Positions 9,163 to 20,456 of a DNA stretch of 24,293 nucleotides are shown piece after piece (position 1 is the stretch's first letter; each line of letters begins with the position of its first letter). This DNA comes from Abditibacteriaceae bacterium. GTDB taxonomy: Bacteria > Armatimonadota > Abditibacteriia > Abditibacteriales > Abditibacteriaceae. The stretch covers positions 1 through 24,293 of the forward strand of contig JANMKN010000369.1 in the NCBI GenBank assembly GCA_031372065.1, read 5' to 3'. Below the pieces are notes generated by a model. The model was not told the origin of the DNA. It ran no database searches and saw nothing but the letters and a program-made list of their open reading frames with translations. The translations under genes and the position numbers were made by a program.

Positions 9163-9764
9163 GGCTTTTTCTGAAATAGACCATAAAACGGCAATTCGTT
9201 AGTCCTTCGATAATTCACTGTTGGCGCAGAGCCAATCTTACCCTGCCACTTCATATGTTTCTTCGTTTTCGGATCGTAATAACCAGCCACATTATGCAAG
9301 ACAGCACCTTTACCATCGAAATACTGAATAAAAGTCACAAGTCCTTTTCCCTGTTTTGCAGGTGATTGCCTTAAATCCTGCCAAATCACTCTCGCCAAAT
9401 TTCCCGTTTCGTAATAGGAATAGCTAACTTGCTTTTCCGAATTTAGGAGCGTCTGGTCAACTCTTTCAACGGACACGATTCTCTCATTTTTCAGCCAAAC
9501 CATTGCGCGCTTTTGATAGGTTTCCCAATTCTTTGGGTTTTTCAATGCGCTTTGTCTCTTTAATTCTTTCCAATCTTCTTTGCCTTTTCCTTTCGACAAA
9601 TCAGCAACCATACGCACCATGCTTACACGCATGGCGGTATACCTAAAAACTTCATCGCAGTAGGCCATAGCCTTTGTGGTTTCTGAATCCTTTGCAGAAA
9701 CCACAAAGGCCAGAAACAACGTCAACATCGAAGCAGCAAAAATCGTCTTCATCATTGCACGCAT
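9159..9764 (-). CDS. Secreted Lys-rich hypothetical protein (AT-richer insert)
   Basis: 201-aa ORF with a signal-peptide-like N-terminus (MKTIFAASMLTLFLAFVVSA); its stop overlaps the spoVR start (ATGA, 9159-9162). Confidence 0.8.
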   Translation of the reverse strand: MRAMMKTIFAASMLTLFLAFVVSAKDSETTKAMAYCDEVFRYTAMRVSMVRMVADLSKGKGKEDWKELKRQSALKNPKNWETYQKRAMVWLKNERIVSVERVDQTLLNSEKQVSYSYYETGNLARVIWQDLRQSPAKQGKGLVTFIQYFDGKGAVLHNVAGYYDPKTKKHMKWQGKIGSAPTVNYRRTNELPFYGLFQKKP

Positions 9765-9766
9765 AA

Positions 9767-9800
9767 ATCATCGTCCCTTTCCCAAAAACGCCTTAATCGC
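9767..9800 (-). repeat. 34-bp duplicate of the yeaH/yhbH 3' end (partner at 10464-10497)
   Basis: atcatcgtccctttcccaaaaacgcCttaatcgc versus atcatcgtccctttcccaaaaacgcTttaatcgc; both encode AIKAFLGKGR*. Confidence 0.95.
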
Positions 9801-9823
9801 TGGCTCCCCTTTGCCCAAACTTC

Positions 9824-9959
9824 AATTGCCCCGCCCGTAAACGAGCGGGCTGATGGGGAAAGCCCGGTAAACCGGGCTGCTAACCATGTATTGTGCGATG
9901 TGACAGCCCCGTTCACGGGGCTTTATAATTCAGCCCGCTCGTTTACGGGCGGGACAATT
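9824..9959. repeat. 136-bp nested palindrome made of REP-like hairpins (REPIN-like), downstream of the Y1 transposase
   Basis: 30-bp outer arms 9824-9853 and 9930-9959 (1 mismatch), each itself a hairpin; inner hairpins aaagcccggtaaaccgggctg (9859-9879) and cagccccgttcacggggcttt (9904-9924). Confidence 0.9.
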
Positions 9960-9967
9960 CGCGGTTG

Positions 9968-10393
9968 CTATTCGTTTTCGCTTTCGATTGTCTCCAACAA
10001 CCGCGAAAGGCGTTTTGCAGCGTGGCGTTCTTCTTGTTCTTCGATATAGCGCACAACTTTTTCGGTTTCGTCGGCACGCAAAGAAACCACGCCATAGCCT
10101 TCTTGCCATTTCAAAAAGTTTCGCGCACCGAAACGATGATTGTGTTCATACGAAGTAGCGCCTTTGATTTCACCAATGAATTCTGCCGGTGCAATCGTGG
10201 GTTTTAATCGCACCAGCAAATGCATATGATCGGGCATCGCGTTGCACGCTATCGGATTCACGCCGCGTTTTCGACAGGCTTCGCCAACAGCGTCAATCAC
10301 TTGTCGTTTGGTGCCTTCTTCAATGAGCGGCAATCGCTCTTTCGTGGCCCACACAAAATGAAAACACAATTGATGAAAACTATGCGATGCCAT
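9968..10393 (-). mobile_element. tnpA: IS200/IS605-superfamily Y1 (HUH) transposase, REP-associated (RAYT-like), with no tnpB
   Basis: HFVWATKER, HUH motif PDHMHLL, WQEGYG and catalytic Tyr helix VVRYIEEQEERH. Start placed at ATG 10393 (141 aa). Confidence 0.9.
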
Positions 10394-10407
10394 TGCACCC
10401 TGCCTTT

Positions 10408-10459
10408 CAGCCCCGTTCACGGTTTTTTTTGCGTCAGCCCGCTCGTTTACGGACGGGCT
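10408..10459. repeat. REP-like half element upstream of tnpA
   Basis: cagccccgttcacgg...tcagcccgctcgtttacggacgggct, a near-direct repeat of 9904-9953. Confidence 0.85.
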
Positions 10460-10464
10460 AAACA

Positions 10465-11562
10465 TCATCGTCCCTTTCCCAAAAACGCTTTAATCGCGCT
10501 TAAAATGTCGTCGCGGTCGTTGATTTCGGCGGTGACAACTTTGTCTTCGTCTTCAAATTTGTCGTAAATATCCGCCAAATACTGGCCGCTACCCCAGTAA
10601 CTTGTCACTTGGCCGTAGCAAAACTGATTCACCTTCGGCAAAAGCTGATTTTCCAGCAAGTCGTTGCAGCGATGGTTGTCTTCTTCCCAGTTATCGCCGT
10701 CGGAAAAATGAAAAGCGTAGATGTTCCAATCGCTCGGCGGAAAGCGTTCGTCAATGATGCGATTCATGGCGGCATAAGCCGAACTGATTTTGGTGCCGCC
10801 GCCTTCGCGGGTGTGATAAAAAGTGTGTTCGTCCACTTCGCGCGCATCGGCATCGTGAATGACATAGGCTTGCGAGACGCTTTTGTATTGCGAACGCAGC
10901 CATGTATCAATCCAGAACGCCGTGATGCGCACCAGTTCTTTTTGCTCGTCGCCCATCGAACCGGAAACGTCCATCGCGTAGATAATCACGGCGTTGGCTT
11001 CGGGCAGCAAAACCGGATTCCAACTGCGATAGCGTGTGTCTTCTTTGATCGGCACAATTTTCGGATTCTGCGCGTTGTAATCGCCCGATAAAACCTGACG
11101 GCGCAACGCCTGTTTATAAGTGCGCTTGAAGTGGCGCAGCGATTCGGGGCCGACATTGGAAATTCTGGTATATTTATCGGCCTCGCGCGTGATGTTTTTC
11201 TTGCCGCGCGGCTCTATATGGGGCAGTTCCAATTCTTCGCCGAGCATGGCCGCTAATTCTTCCAATGGCACATCCACTTCAAGAATATGTTCGCCCGCGC
11301 CTTGCCCGGCTTGGCCTTTGTCAGTGCCATCGCCGCCGAGCGGGTCGCCGACATCGCCCGGCCCCTGCCCGACGCCGCCGGTGTTTTTGTGGCCGTAGCG
11401 AAACTGTGGCAGCGTGATTTGCGGCAAGGGAATCGAAACCAAGTCGCGTCCTTTTTTGCCAATAAGTTCGCCATTGGAAATGTATTGCTTCAGTTGCCCT
11501 TTGATTTTTCCGCGCACGATTTGTCGAAACCGTGCGTTGTCTTCTTCAATCCTCATTGCCAT
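10465..11562 (-). CDS. yeaH: YeaH/YhbH family protein (DUF444, vWA-like C-terminus)
   Basis: RFRQIVRGKI start, Gly-rich GVGQGPG segment, MDVSGSM, GGTKISSAY and FHFSDGDNW; lies between prkA and spoVR. Confidence 0.93.
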   Translation of the reverse strand: MAMRIEEDNARFRQIVRGKIKGQLKQYISNGELIGKKGRDLVSIPLPQITLPQFRYGHKNTGGVGQGPGDVGDPLGGDGTDKGQAGQGAGEHILEVDVPLEELAAMLGEELELPHIEPRGKKNITREADKYTRISNVGPESLRHFKRTYKQALRRQVLSGDYNAQNPKIVPIKEDTRYRSWNPVLLPEANAVIIYAMDVSGSMGDEQKELVRITAFWIDTWLRSQYKSVSQAYVIHDADAREVDEHTFYHTREGGGTKISSAYAAMNRIIDERFPPSDWNIYAFHFSDGDNWEEDNHRCNDLLENQLLPKVNQFCYGQVTSYWGSGQYLADIYDKFEDEDKVVTAEINDRDDILSAIKAFLGKGR

Positions 11563-12111
11563 TTTGTTTCACCTGCCTTCGTTCTTTTGCATCCGCTATT
11601 TTGAGCAATTTGATTACGCTTGTGTAATTCCTCTTCCGAAATCCAGTTGGGGGACTAACCATTGGGTGATTCAGTGAGAACTTCGTATTGGTCAACGTAA
11701 AAGACAAGGCTGTTCGCCCGCCTTTATCTTTTTGACTTACCTTCGCGCCCTTGCTCAAAAGCAATCGCACAACAGACTCGTTGCCATCCCAAGCCGCGAT
11801 CATTAGGGGTGTCTGGCCGTCTACCCAATCTGCAACATTAACTTTTGCGCCGTTGTCTATCAAGAACTTACAGGCTTTTACATTTTGCGCTCCCTGTAAA
11901 GGTGTAAGTCCAGACCTATCTCTGTAATTAACATTTGCACCTTCGTTAATTAAATGTTGCATCTCAACAAGATTAGGTTGGCCCTTCCACGCTTCGTCGA
12001 ATAGGGCAACGTCATTGCGATGCCGTAAGGCATATCGTAGGGGCAGCAACAAACTGAAAGGTAGAGCAATCAGTGCTACCCTCTTTACAGTTCTCACTGT
12101 CTGCCACACTT

Positions 12112-12115
<4 letters not shown>
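11546..12115 (-). CDS. Ankyrin-repeat protein with an N-terminal hydrophobic anchor (AT-richer insert)
   Basis: Repeats [35 protein letters not shown] and [15 protein letters not shown]; start overlaps the prkA stop (ATGA) and the end overlaps the yeaH start by 17 bp. Confidence 0.88.
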
Positions 12116-14142
<2,027 letters not shown>

Positions 14143-14632
14143 AAACGCCTCCTTTAGAAAAGGCGAAAACCGACGAAGAGAAAGCGAAAACAGCGCGCCA
14201 CCCATAGCTTCAGCCTGTCGGCTTTTGCCCTTTTGTGGCACGATATTTCGGAGGCGTCAGGAAAGAATTTCGTGGCGCGCGTTACTGCGTTACGTTGAGG
14301 AACAACGAAGAACAAAAATAGGTTCGATGCCTAACAATTCCCCGGACTGCGAGGTTTACGAAGTCTTGCGGAAGGTTGGCCTTGATTATGTTGCGTTTAA
14401 TGTCTTGCGACATCGGCTGCGATGAGACTTCAATGCTTTAAGTGGCGGCTTTGACGTAACCGCACCGTGCAAGTTACAAAAATTTTACCATTAGCCAATT
14501 TTCTGTTCAAATAAGGTTTTCAGAACATCTTAAATCGAAGATTGCGCGCCTTTTTCAAGGCTCAGATTGTGTAAAGACGCGGACAGGAAATATAACAACC
14601 GCTTGCGGCTTTCATAACTCTAAAGATTGTTC

Positions 14633-17600
14633 ATGAGAAATCTCACCTGGCTCATTTTTCGCGGCTTGCTTTTGCTTGGTCTCGCGGCGTTTTTGCTCGG
14701 CAACAGTGGCGCGCAACAACAATATGTCGCCTTAGCCGACGCACCAAAAGCGAAGTTGCGCTTTAACAAAGACATCCGCCCGATTCTTTCCAACTCGTGC
14801 TTTTTGTGTCACGGCCCGGACGAGAAAAAGCGCTCGGCGGGTTTGCGTCTCGATATGCGCGATGTGGCCGTTGCCAAAGGCGCCATTGTGCCGGGTAAGC
14901 CGGACGAAAGTGAGATTTTAAAACGCGTCATGGCGCACGGCGACGACCAAATGCCGCCGCCTGACAGCATCAAGCCGCGTTTAACAGACAGGCAAATCGC
15001 CACACTGCGCCAATGGATTGCCGAAGGCGCCGAATACGAGCCGCATTGGGCTTTCGCGCCGCTTTTGGAAGTTGCGCCGCCTGCGAACAAAAACAAAACG
15101 TGGCCCAAAAACCCCATTGACAATTTCATCTTGGCGCGGCTCGAAAGCGAAAATATTCAGCCGTCGCCGCCCGCAGACAAAGCCACGCTTTTGCGCCGCG
15201 TGAGTTTAGATTTAACCGGCCTTCTGCCAACGCCCGATGAAGTGCGCGCTTTTCAAAACGACAAAGCGCCGGATGGTTACGAAAAAGCCGTGGACAAACT
15301 TTTGGCGTCGCCGCATTATGGCGAACGCTGGGGCCGTCATTGGCTCGACCAAGCGCGTTATGCCGATTCCAACGGCTACACTTTCGATAACGAACGTCCG
15401 ATGTGGCCGTATCGCGATTGGGTGATTAAAGCCTTCAACGATGATATGCCGTTCGACGAGTTCACCATCGAACAACTCGCGGGTGACTTATTGCCCAATG
15501 CCACAAAATCGCAAATCATAGCTACGGCCTATCATCGTAACACGGGCATCAACGAAGAAGGCGGCAGTGACCCGGAACAGTTTCGCAACGAAGCGACGGT
15601 TGACCGCACCAACACCACGGCGACAGTATGGCTCGGCCTGACGATGGGTTGCGCGCAATGTCACACCCATAAATTCGACCCGATTACGCACCGCGAATAC
15701 TATCAAATGTTCGCGTTTTTCAACAACAACGAAGACGTAAATAATAAAGGTGCGACAGTGCCTGTGGCGCAGGGCGAAGTCTTCGGCCAAACGCAGGCCG
15801 TTAGCGCCGCCGATGTTAGCAAAGCCCAAGACGCGTGGGAGAAAAAAGAAGTCGCGCGTTTGGCGCCACAAAGCACAACAAATACGCCCGCCGTTTGGAC
15901 AAACGCGCATTATGTGGATTACGACACGGAAAACAACGGCGGCTTTCAATTGTTGCCGGATAATTCGCTGCTTTCCGATGGTAAAGCCGGGCCGAACGAC
16001 ACATATCGCATCGTCAGCAAAACCGACTTGCCGCAAATCGCCGCGTTTCGCTTGCGCGTTTTGCCGCACGAATCGCTGCCCAAAAACGGCCCCGGCACAG
16101 CGGGCAACGGCAACTTTGTTTTGACGCAAATTGAAGCAACCCTCGACGGCACGCCTTTGAAAATTGCCTCAGCGCGGGCCGACCACGAACAAGCCAATTA
16201 TGCCATCAGCGGCGCGCTCGATAACGACCCAAAATCCGGCTGGGCCATCAACGCTGGCGCCGATTCCAAAGCCAAAATGAACGCGCCGCACGAAGCGGTT
16301 TTCTTCTTCCAAAAGCCGGTTGCCACCAACGGCAAGCCGCTGCAAATTCGACTCAAACACGAATTAAACGACCGCTATCTCATTGGCCACTTTGCTCTCG
16401 ATTTCATCGCCACGCCGCCAACAGTTGCATTATCCGACGCCGATGAAAAATTATTAGTGGCGCTGCAAACAGAACGGGCCAAGCGCAGCGACGAGAAAAA
16501 GAAAGTCATTGAAATCGCCTTCGAGCCGTCGCGCCCCAAGCCAAACACCGTTGATTTAATGGTAATGAAAGAGCGCGCTCAATTGCGCCCAACTTTTCTA
16601 TTGCAGCGCGGCGACTTTTTGCGGCCCGATCAAAAACTCGGCGCGCTCGAACCCGGCACGTTGGGCGTTTTGCCACCGCTTAAACATGAAGGCCGCGCCA
16701 CGCGATTGGATTTGGCGAAATGGCTTGTCTCAAACGAAAATCCGCTGACGCCGCGCGTGACGATGAACCGCATTTGGATGCGTTATTTCGGACGCGGCTT
16801 AGTCGAAACCGAAGAAGATTTCGGCTCGCAAGGTTCGGCGCCCACGCATCCCGAATTGCTCGATTGGCTGGCACGCGAATTCATCAAAAACAAGTGGTCG
16901 CAAAAAGCCATGCACCGCTTGATTGTCACCTCGGCGACGTATCAACAAAGCTCCAAAGCACGGCCCGATTTGGTGGAAAAAGACGCGCTCAATTTGCTGC
17001 TCGCGCGGCAAAATCGCCAGCGCGTTGAAGCCGAAATTGTGCGCGACGCGGCGCTTTCGGCCAGCGGACTTTTAACGGGCACCATCGGTGGCCCCAGTGT
17101 GCGCCCGCCGCAGCCCGAAGGCGTTTATGCCTTCACGCAAGTCGGCAAAAAATGGACGGCCAACACCGGCGCCGACCGCTATCGCCGCGCGCTTTACACG
17201 CTCTTTTATCGCAGCGCGCCCTACCCGCTTTTGACGACTTTCGATTCGCCCGATTTCCAGACCGTTTGCACGCGCCGCACGCGTTCCAATACGCCGCTGC
17301 AAGCGCTAACGTTAGCCAACGACGCGTCGTTTTTAGAACTCGCCCAAGGCCTCGCCGCGCGCGTTTTGCGTGAAGCGCCAGACGACACCGCGCGTTTGAA
17401 GCAGATGTTTTGGCTGTGCCTGTCGCGCGAGCCTTCGGCCAAAGAACTAAGCGTTTTGCAAACGTTTTTCGACAAGCAAAAAGCGGCTTTTTCAAAAGAC
17501 GAAAAATCTGCAAACCAATTCTTGCAAGGCGCGCTCTTGCCCGAATTAAAAAACGGAAACATAGCGCAAAACGCCGCTTTGGTTAGCGCCGCCCGCGCCG

Positions 17601-17635
17601 TTTTAAACACCGACGCGTTTATCACGCGCGAATAA
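14633..17635 (+). CDS. Planctomycete-type cytochrome c domain protein (PSCyt1 + DUF1549 + carbohydrate-binding-like insert + DUF1553)
   Basis: Signal peptide; CFLCH and CAQCH heme motifs; [42 protein letters not shown] and NTPLQALTL. Confidence 0.9.
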   Translation: MRNLTWLIFRGLLLLGLAAFLLGNSGAQQQYVALADAPKAKLRFNKDIRPILSNSCFLCHGPDEKKRSAGLRLDMRDVAVAKGAIVPGKPDESEILKRVMAHGDDQMPPPDSIKPRLTDRQIATLRQWIAEGAEYEPHWAFAPLLEVAPPANKNKTWPKNPIDNFILARLESENIQPSPPADKATLLRRVSLDLTGLLPTPDEVRAFQNDKAPDGYEKAVDKLLASPHYGERWGRHWLDQARYADSNGYTFDNERPMWPYRDWVIKAFNDDMPFDEFTIEQLAGDLLPNATKSQIIATAYHRNTGINEEGGSDPEQFRNEATVDRTNTTATVWLGLTMGCAQCHTHKFDPITHREYYQMFAFFNNNEDVNNKGATVPVAQGEVFGQTQAVSAADVSKAQDAWEKKEVARLAPQSTTNTPAVWTNAHYVDYDTENNGGFQLLPDNSLLSDGKAGPNDTYRIVSKTDLPQIAAFRLRVLPHESLPKNGPGTAGNGNFVLTQIEATLDGTPLKIASARADHEQANYAISGALDNDPKSGWAINAGADSKAKMNAPHEAVFFFQKPVATNGKPLQIRLKHELNDRYLIGHFALDFIATPPTVALSDADEKLLVALQTERAKRSDEKKKVIEIAFEPSRPKPNTVDLMVMKERAQLRPTFLLQRGDFLRPDQKLGALEPGTLGVLPPLKHEGRATRLDLAKWLVSNENPLTPRVTMNRIWMRYFGRGLVETEEDFGSQGSAPTHPELLDWLAREFIKNKWSQKAMHRLIVTSATYQQSSKARPDLVEKDALNLLLARQNRQRVEAEIVRDAALSASGLLTGTIGGPSVRPPQPEGVYAFTQVGKKWTANTGADRYRRALYTLFYRSAPYPLLTTFDSPDFQTVCTRRTRSNTPLQALTLANDASFLELAQGLAARVLREAPDDTARLKQMFWLCLSREPSAKELSVLQTFFDKQKAAFSKDEKSANQFLQGALLPELKNGNIAQNAALVSAARAVLNTDAFITRE

Positions 17636-17640
17636 AAACC

Positions 17641-19128
17641 ATGAATGACTTCGACAAACGATTATCACGCGCCATTACGCGGCGGCATTTTTTTGAAAAG
17701 TGCGGCGTGGGTTTGGGCGCGTTTGCGCTCAACTTGATGCTGCAAAAAGATGGCTGGGCCACCGATGGTGTCTCGCAAGGTGGCGGGCCGCTGCACGCCC
17801 TCACGCCGGGCGAAATTGACATGGCGAATCCGCTGGCGCCGCGCCCTGCGCCCGCACCGGCCAAAGCCAAGCGCGTGATTTATCTGTTCATGGCGGGCGC
17901 GCCGAGCCAACTCGATTTATTCGATGACAAGCCGAAACTCCGCGAACTATCGGGCCAAAAACCGCCGCCCAGTTTGATGGAAGGCAAGCGTTTCGCGTTT
18001 TTGAAAGGCAACGAAACGCTGCTCGGCACGGGGCGCAAGTTCGAGCAAGTCGGGCAATGCGGCATGACCATCAGCGAACTTTTGCCGCACACCAAAAAAA
18101 TCGCCGACGAAGTGTGCTGGCTGCGCGGCATGAGCACCGATGTTTTCAATCACGGCCCGGCCAAATTGTTTATGAACAGCGGTTTTCAAGCGCCGGGACG
18201 ACCCAGTTTCGGCAGTTGGCTGACTTATGGACTCGGCAGCGAAAGCCGAGATTTGCCCGGTTTTGTGGTTCTGCAAAGTGGCCCGCGCGGGCCTCGTGGT
18301 GGCAGCACGTTATGGAGCAGCGGCTTTTTGCCGACGGCCTTTCAAGGCGTGCCGTTTCGCAGCGGCGGCGACGCGATCTTGAATTTGCGCTCGCCCGAAG
18401 GCCTGTCGCGCGAGCAGGAACACGACTTTTATGATGCCGTCGAAGCCTTGAATCAACTGCGCCACGACGAAACCGGCGACCCGGAAATTCTGACGCGCAT
18501 CAACTCGTATGAAACCGCCTTCAAGATGCAAACCAGCGCGCCGGAACTGATGGACATGAGCAAAGAAACGCCCGAAACGTTGGCTTTATACGGTGTCGAA
18601 GCGGGCAAACCGAGTTTTGCCAACAACTGCCTTTTGGCGCGGCGCCTCATCGAACGCGGCGTGCGTTTTGTGCAGTTGTATCACACCGATTGGGATCATC
18701 ACGGCGACAAAACCAACAACCTCAGCGATTCCATCGAAACGCGCTGCCGCGAAGTTGACCAAGCCAGCGCCGCTTTAGTCAAAGATTTAAAACAGCGCGG
18801 TTTATTGGAGGATACGATTGTGATTTGGGGCGGCGAATTTGGCCGCACGCCGATGGGCGAAGTGCGCGCCACAGTGGGCCGCGACCATCACATTGACGCT
18901 TTTACCATGTGGGTGGCCGGTGGCGGCTTCAAACCCGGCTTCATCCACGGCGCCACCGACGAACTCGGTTTCGGCGCCACCGATGGCGCCAAACACGTCC
19001 ACGATTTGCACGCCACGCTTTTGCATCAACTCGGCTTCGACCACACCCGCCTCACCTACCGCTTCCAAGGCCGCGACTTCCGCCTCACCGATGTGCATGG
19101 CGAAGTGGTGAACGAAATTTTGGCGTGA
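17641..19128 (+). CDS. DUF1501 domain protein with a Tat signal
   Basis: Tat motif TRRHFF; AKRVIYLFMAGAPSQLDLFD, LARRLIERGVRFVQL, WGGEFGRTP, GRDHH and the terminal RLTDVHGEVVNEILA; typical partner of DUF1549/DUF1553 genes. Confidence 0.92.
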   Translation: MNDFDKRLSRAITRRHFFEKCGVGLGAFALNLMLQKDGWATDGVSQGGGPLHALTPGEIDMANPLAPRPAPAPAKAKRVIYLFMAGAPSQLDLFDDKPKLRELSGQKPPPSLMEGKRFAFLKGNETLLGTGRKFEQVGQCGMTISELLPHTKKIADEVCWLRGMSTDVFNHGPAKLFMNSGFQAPGRPSFGSWLTYGLGSESRDLPGFVVLQSGPRGPRGGSTLWSSGFLPTAFQGVPFRSGGDAILNLRSPEGLSREQEHDFYDAVEALNQLRHDETGDPEILTRINSYETAFKMQTSAPELMDMSKETPETLALYGVEAGKPSFANNCLLARRLIERGVRFVQLYHTDWDHHGDKTNNLSDSIETRCREVDQASAALVKDLKQRGLLEDTIVIWGGEFGRTPMGEVRATVGRDHHIDAFTMWVAGGGFKPGFIHGATDELGFGATDGAKHVHDLHATLLHQLGFDHTRLTYRFQGRDFRLTDVHGEVVNEILA

Positions 19129-19163
19129 AGGAACATTTTTAAAAGCACAAAGAACGAACAAGC

Positions 19164-19901
19164 ATGAAAAAATTCATCGTCGCATTGTTATTGAGCGCAG
19201 CTTTCATTTGTAGTCAAATCGCTTTCGCTGACCCGCCAAAAGCAGAGACTAACGAACAAATCACAGAAGTTTCTTTTCGCCAAGCCTGCCTATGCTCGGA
19301 TTGGGTAGATATTACCCTTAAAGCAGATTCTCCTTTAACTGCTCCCTATCTTGGTTTGGTCTCCCGCTGGCTTGAAACACAACATATTTTTGACCTCAAA
19401 GACAAGTATTTTTTTCAAGATCACACTACAGAATGCAACCAAACTTTCACAATCGTTCGTGGCGGCCAGAAAAAAGTCATTGCCGCTGATTGTGCTGCCG
19501 TCCCGCCAGAGCTTTGGGCATTAGAAATGATAATGCGCCGGATAATTGATGAAATCAAACAAAGTCAGCGACGCGAGGAACTGGAAAAACAGGGAGTGCG
19601 TGGTAAGTTTCAGAATTATATTGCAGAGAAAAATCCAATGGATGAGAGGTCTGTAAATGCAATGGTATGGTTTGAACCTGAGCCATATCAACCCGGTTTG
19701 CAAGCTCGCGGCACTCAAATAACCGAAAACACGACATGGCATTTTCACGCTCCTCTGATGCCCGGCACTTATCGTATGATTCTGGATGTGCAAAGCCGAA
19801 CGCCTTCAAGAATTCCCTTGGAACTGATAAAAGTTGAAGCCAACAAATTCACAGAATTGGAAATTGATTACTCGAAAGTAGTGTCTCCAGTCAAACGATG
19901 A
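19164..19901 (+). CDS. Secreted hypothetical protein (AT-richer insert); N-domain loosely DUF6438-like, C-domain beta-sandwich-like
   Basis: 245 aa with signal peptide MKKFIVALLLSAAFICSQIAFA; the domain calls come only from recalled patterns (FDLKDKY, PPELWALE, PGTY). Confidence 0.75.
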   Translation: MKKFIVALLLSAAFICSQIAFADPPKAETNEQITEVSFRQACLCSDWVDITLKADSPLTAPYLGLVSRWLETQHIFDLKDKYFFQDHTTECNQTFTIVRGGQKKVIAADCAAVPPELWALEMIMRRIIDEIKQSQRREELEKQGVRGKFQNYIAEKNPMDERSVNAMVWFEPEPYQPGLQARGTQITENTTWHFHAPLMPGTYRMILDVQSRTPSRIPLELIKVEANKFTELEIDYSKVVSPVKR

Positions 19902-19904
19902 ACG

Positions 19905-19952
19905 CGCCTCACCGATGTGCATGGCGAAGTGGTGAACGAGATTTTGGCGTAA
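19905..19952 (+). repeat. 48-bp duplicate of the DUF1501 gene 3' end (partner at 19081-19128)
   Basis: cgcctcaccgatgtgcatggcgaagtggtgaacgaGattttggcgtAa versus ...aacgaAattttggcgtGa; both encode RLTDVHGEVVNEILA*. Confidence 0.97.
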
Positions 19953-19993
19953 TTTTACGCCATCGGACACGCTACAGCCTGTCCGAATCTTTA

Positions 19994-20224
19994 TTACGCA
20001 CTCTCATCCGATTTCCCGCCTTTGAGCAGGGCGTAAATCGCCATGGCGTGGCCGTGACCTAAATCAAAATCGTCTTTGAGCCATTGCACGATTGCGCCCG
20101 CTTTGATGCCGCTTTTGATTTTGCCGCCCTCGGTGAAGCCTTTTTCCTCAGCCATGCGCCGAAAATCGTCCGGCCCTTTGCCGGTTTTGGTCTTGATGTT
20201 GTCCAAATACGCTTGAAATGACAT
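19994..20224 (-). CDS. DUF4287 family small protein
   Basis: MSFQAYLDNIKTKTGK...WLKDDFDLGHGHAMAI signature; 76 aa from ATG 20224 with a purine-rich RBS (GAAAGGGA). Confidence 0.85.
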   Translation of the reverse strand: MSFQAYLDNIKTKTGKGPDDFRRMAEEKGFTEGGKIKSGIKAGAIVQWLKDDFDLGHGHAMAIYALLKGGKSDESA

Positions 20225-20456
20225 AATTTCCCTTTCGATATTGGCCCGCACGACAAAAAGAGCAAATATCGCCACGATTAGACAGCCGCCGATGGCGATG
20301 TCATTCGCCTGATCGTTGGAGGGCAAACCCCAATGCAACGCCCGCAAAGAGCCAAGGCGAACCAAAATCAAGATAATCCCGCCTGAAATGGCTATTTGGC
20401 GCCGCTTTTTCGCTTTTTTACTTCGCACATCCCTGATTTTACTGCTTTCTTTGCGC

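Noticed and set aside
9968..10468. 166-aa version of TnpA, or a full IS605 element with TnpB
   Set aside because: The extra 25 codons run through the REP hairpins and the family motif begins just after Met 10393; no tnpB is present. Coupled translation from the ATG overlapping the yeaH stop cannot be excluded.
19081..19952. Diversity-generating retroelement VR/TR pair
   Set aside because: The repeat is only 48 bp with two synonymous mismatches in opposite A/G directions, and there is no reverse transcriptase in the window.
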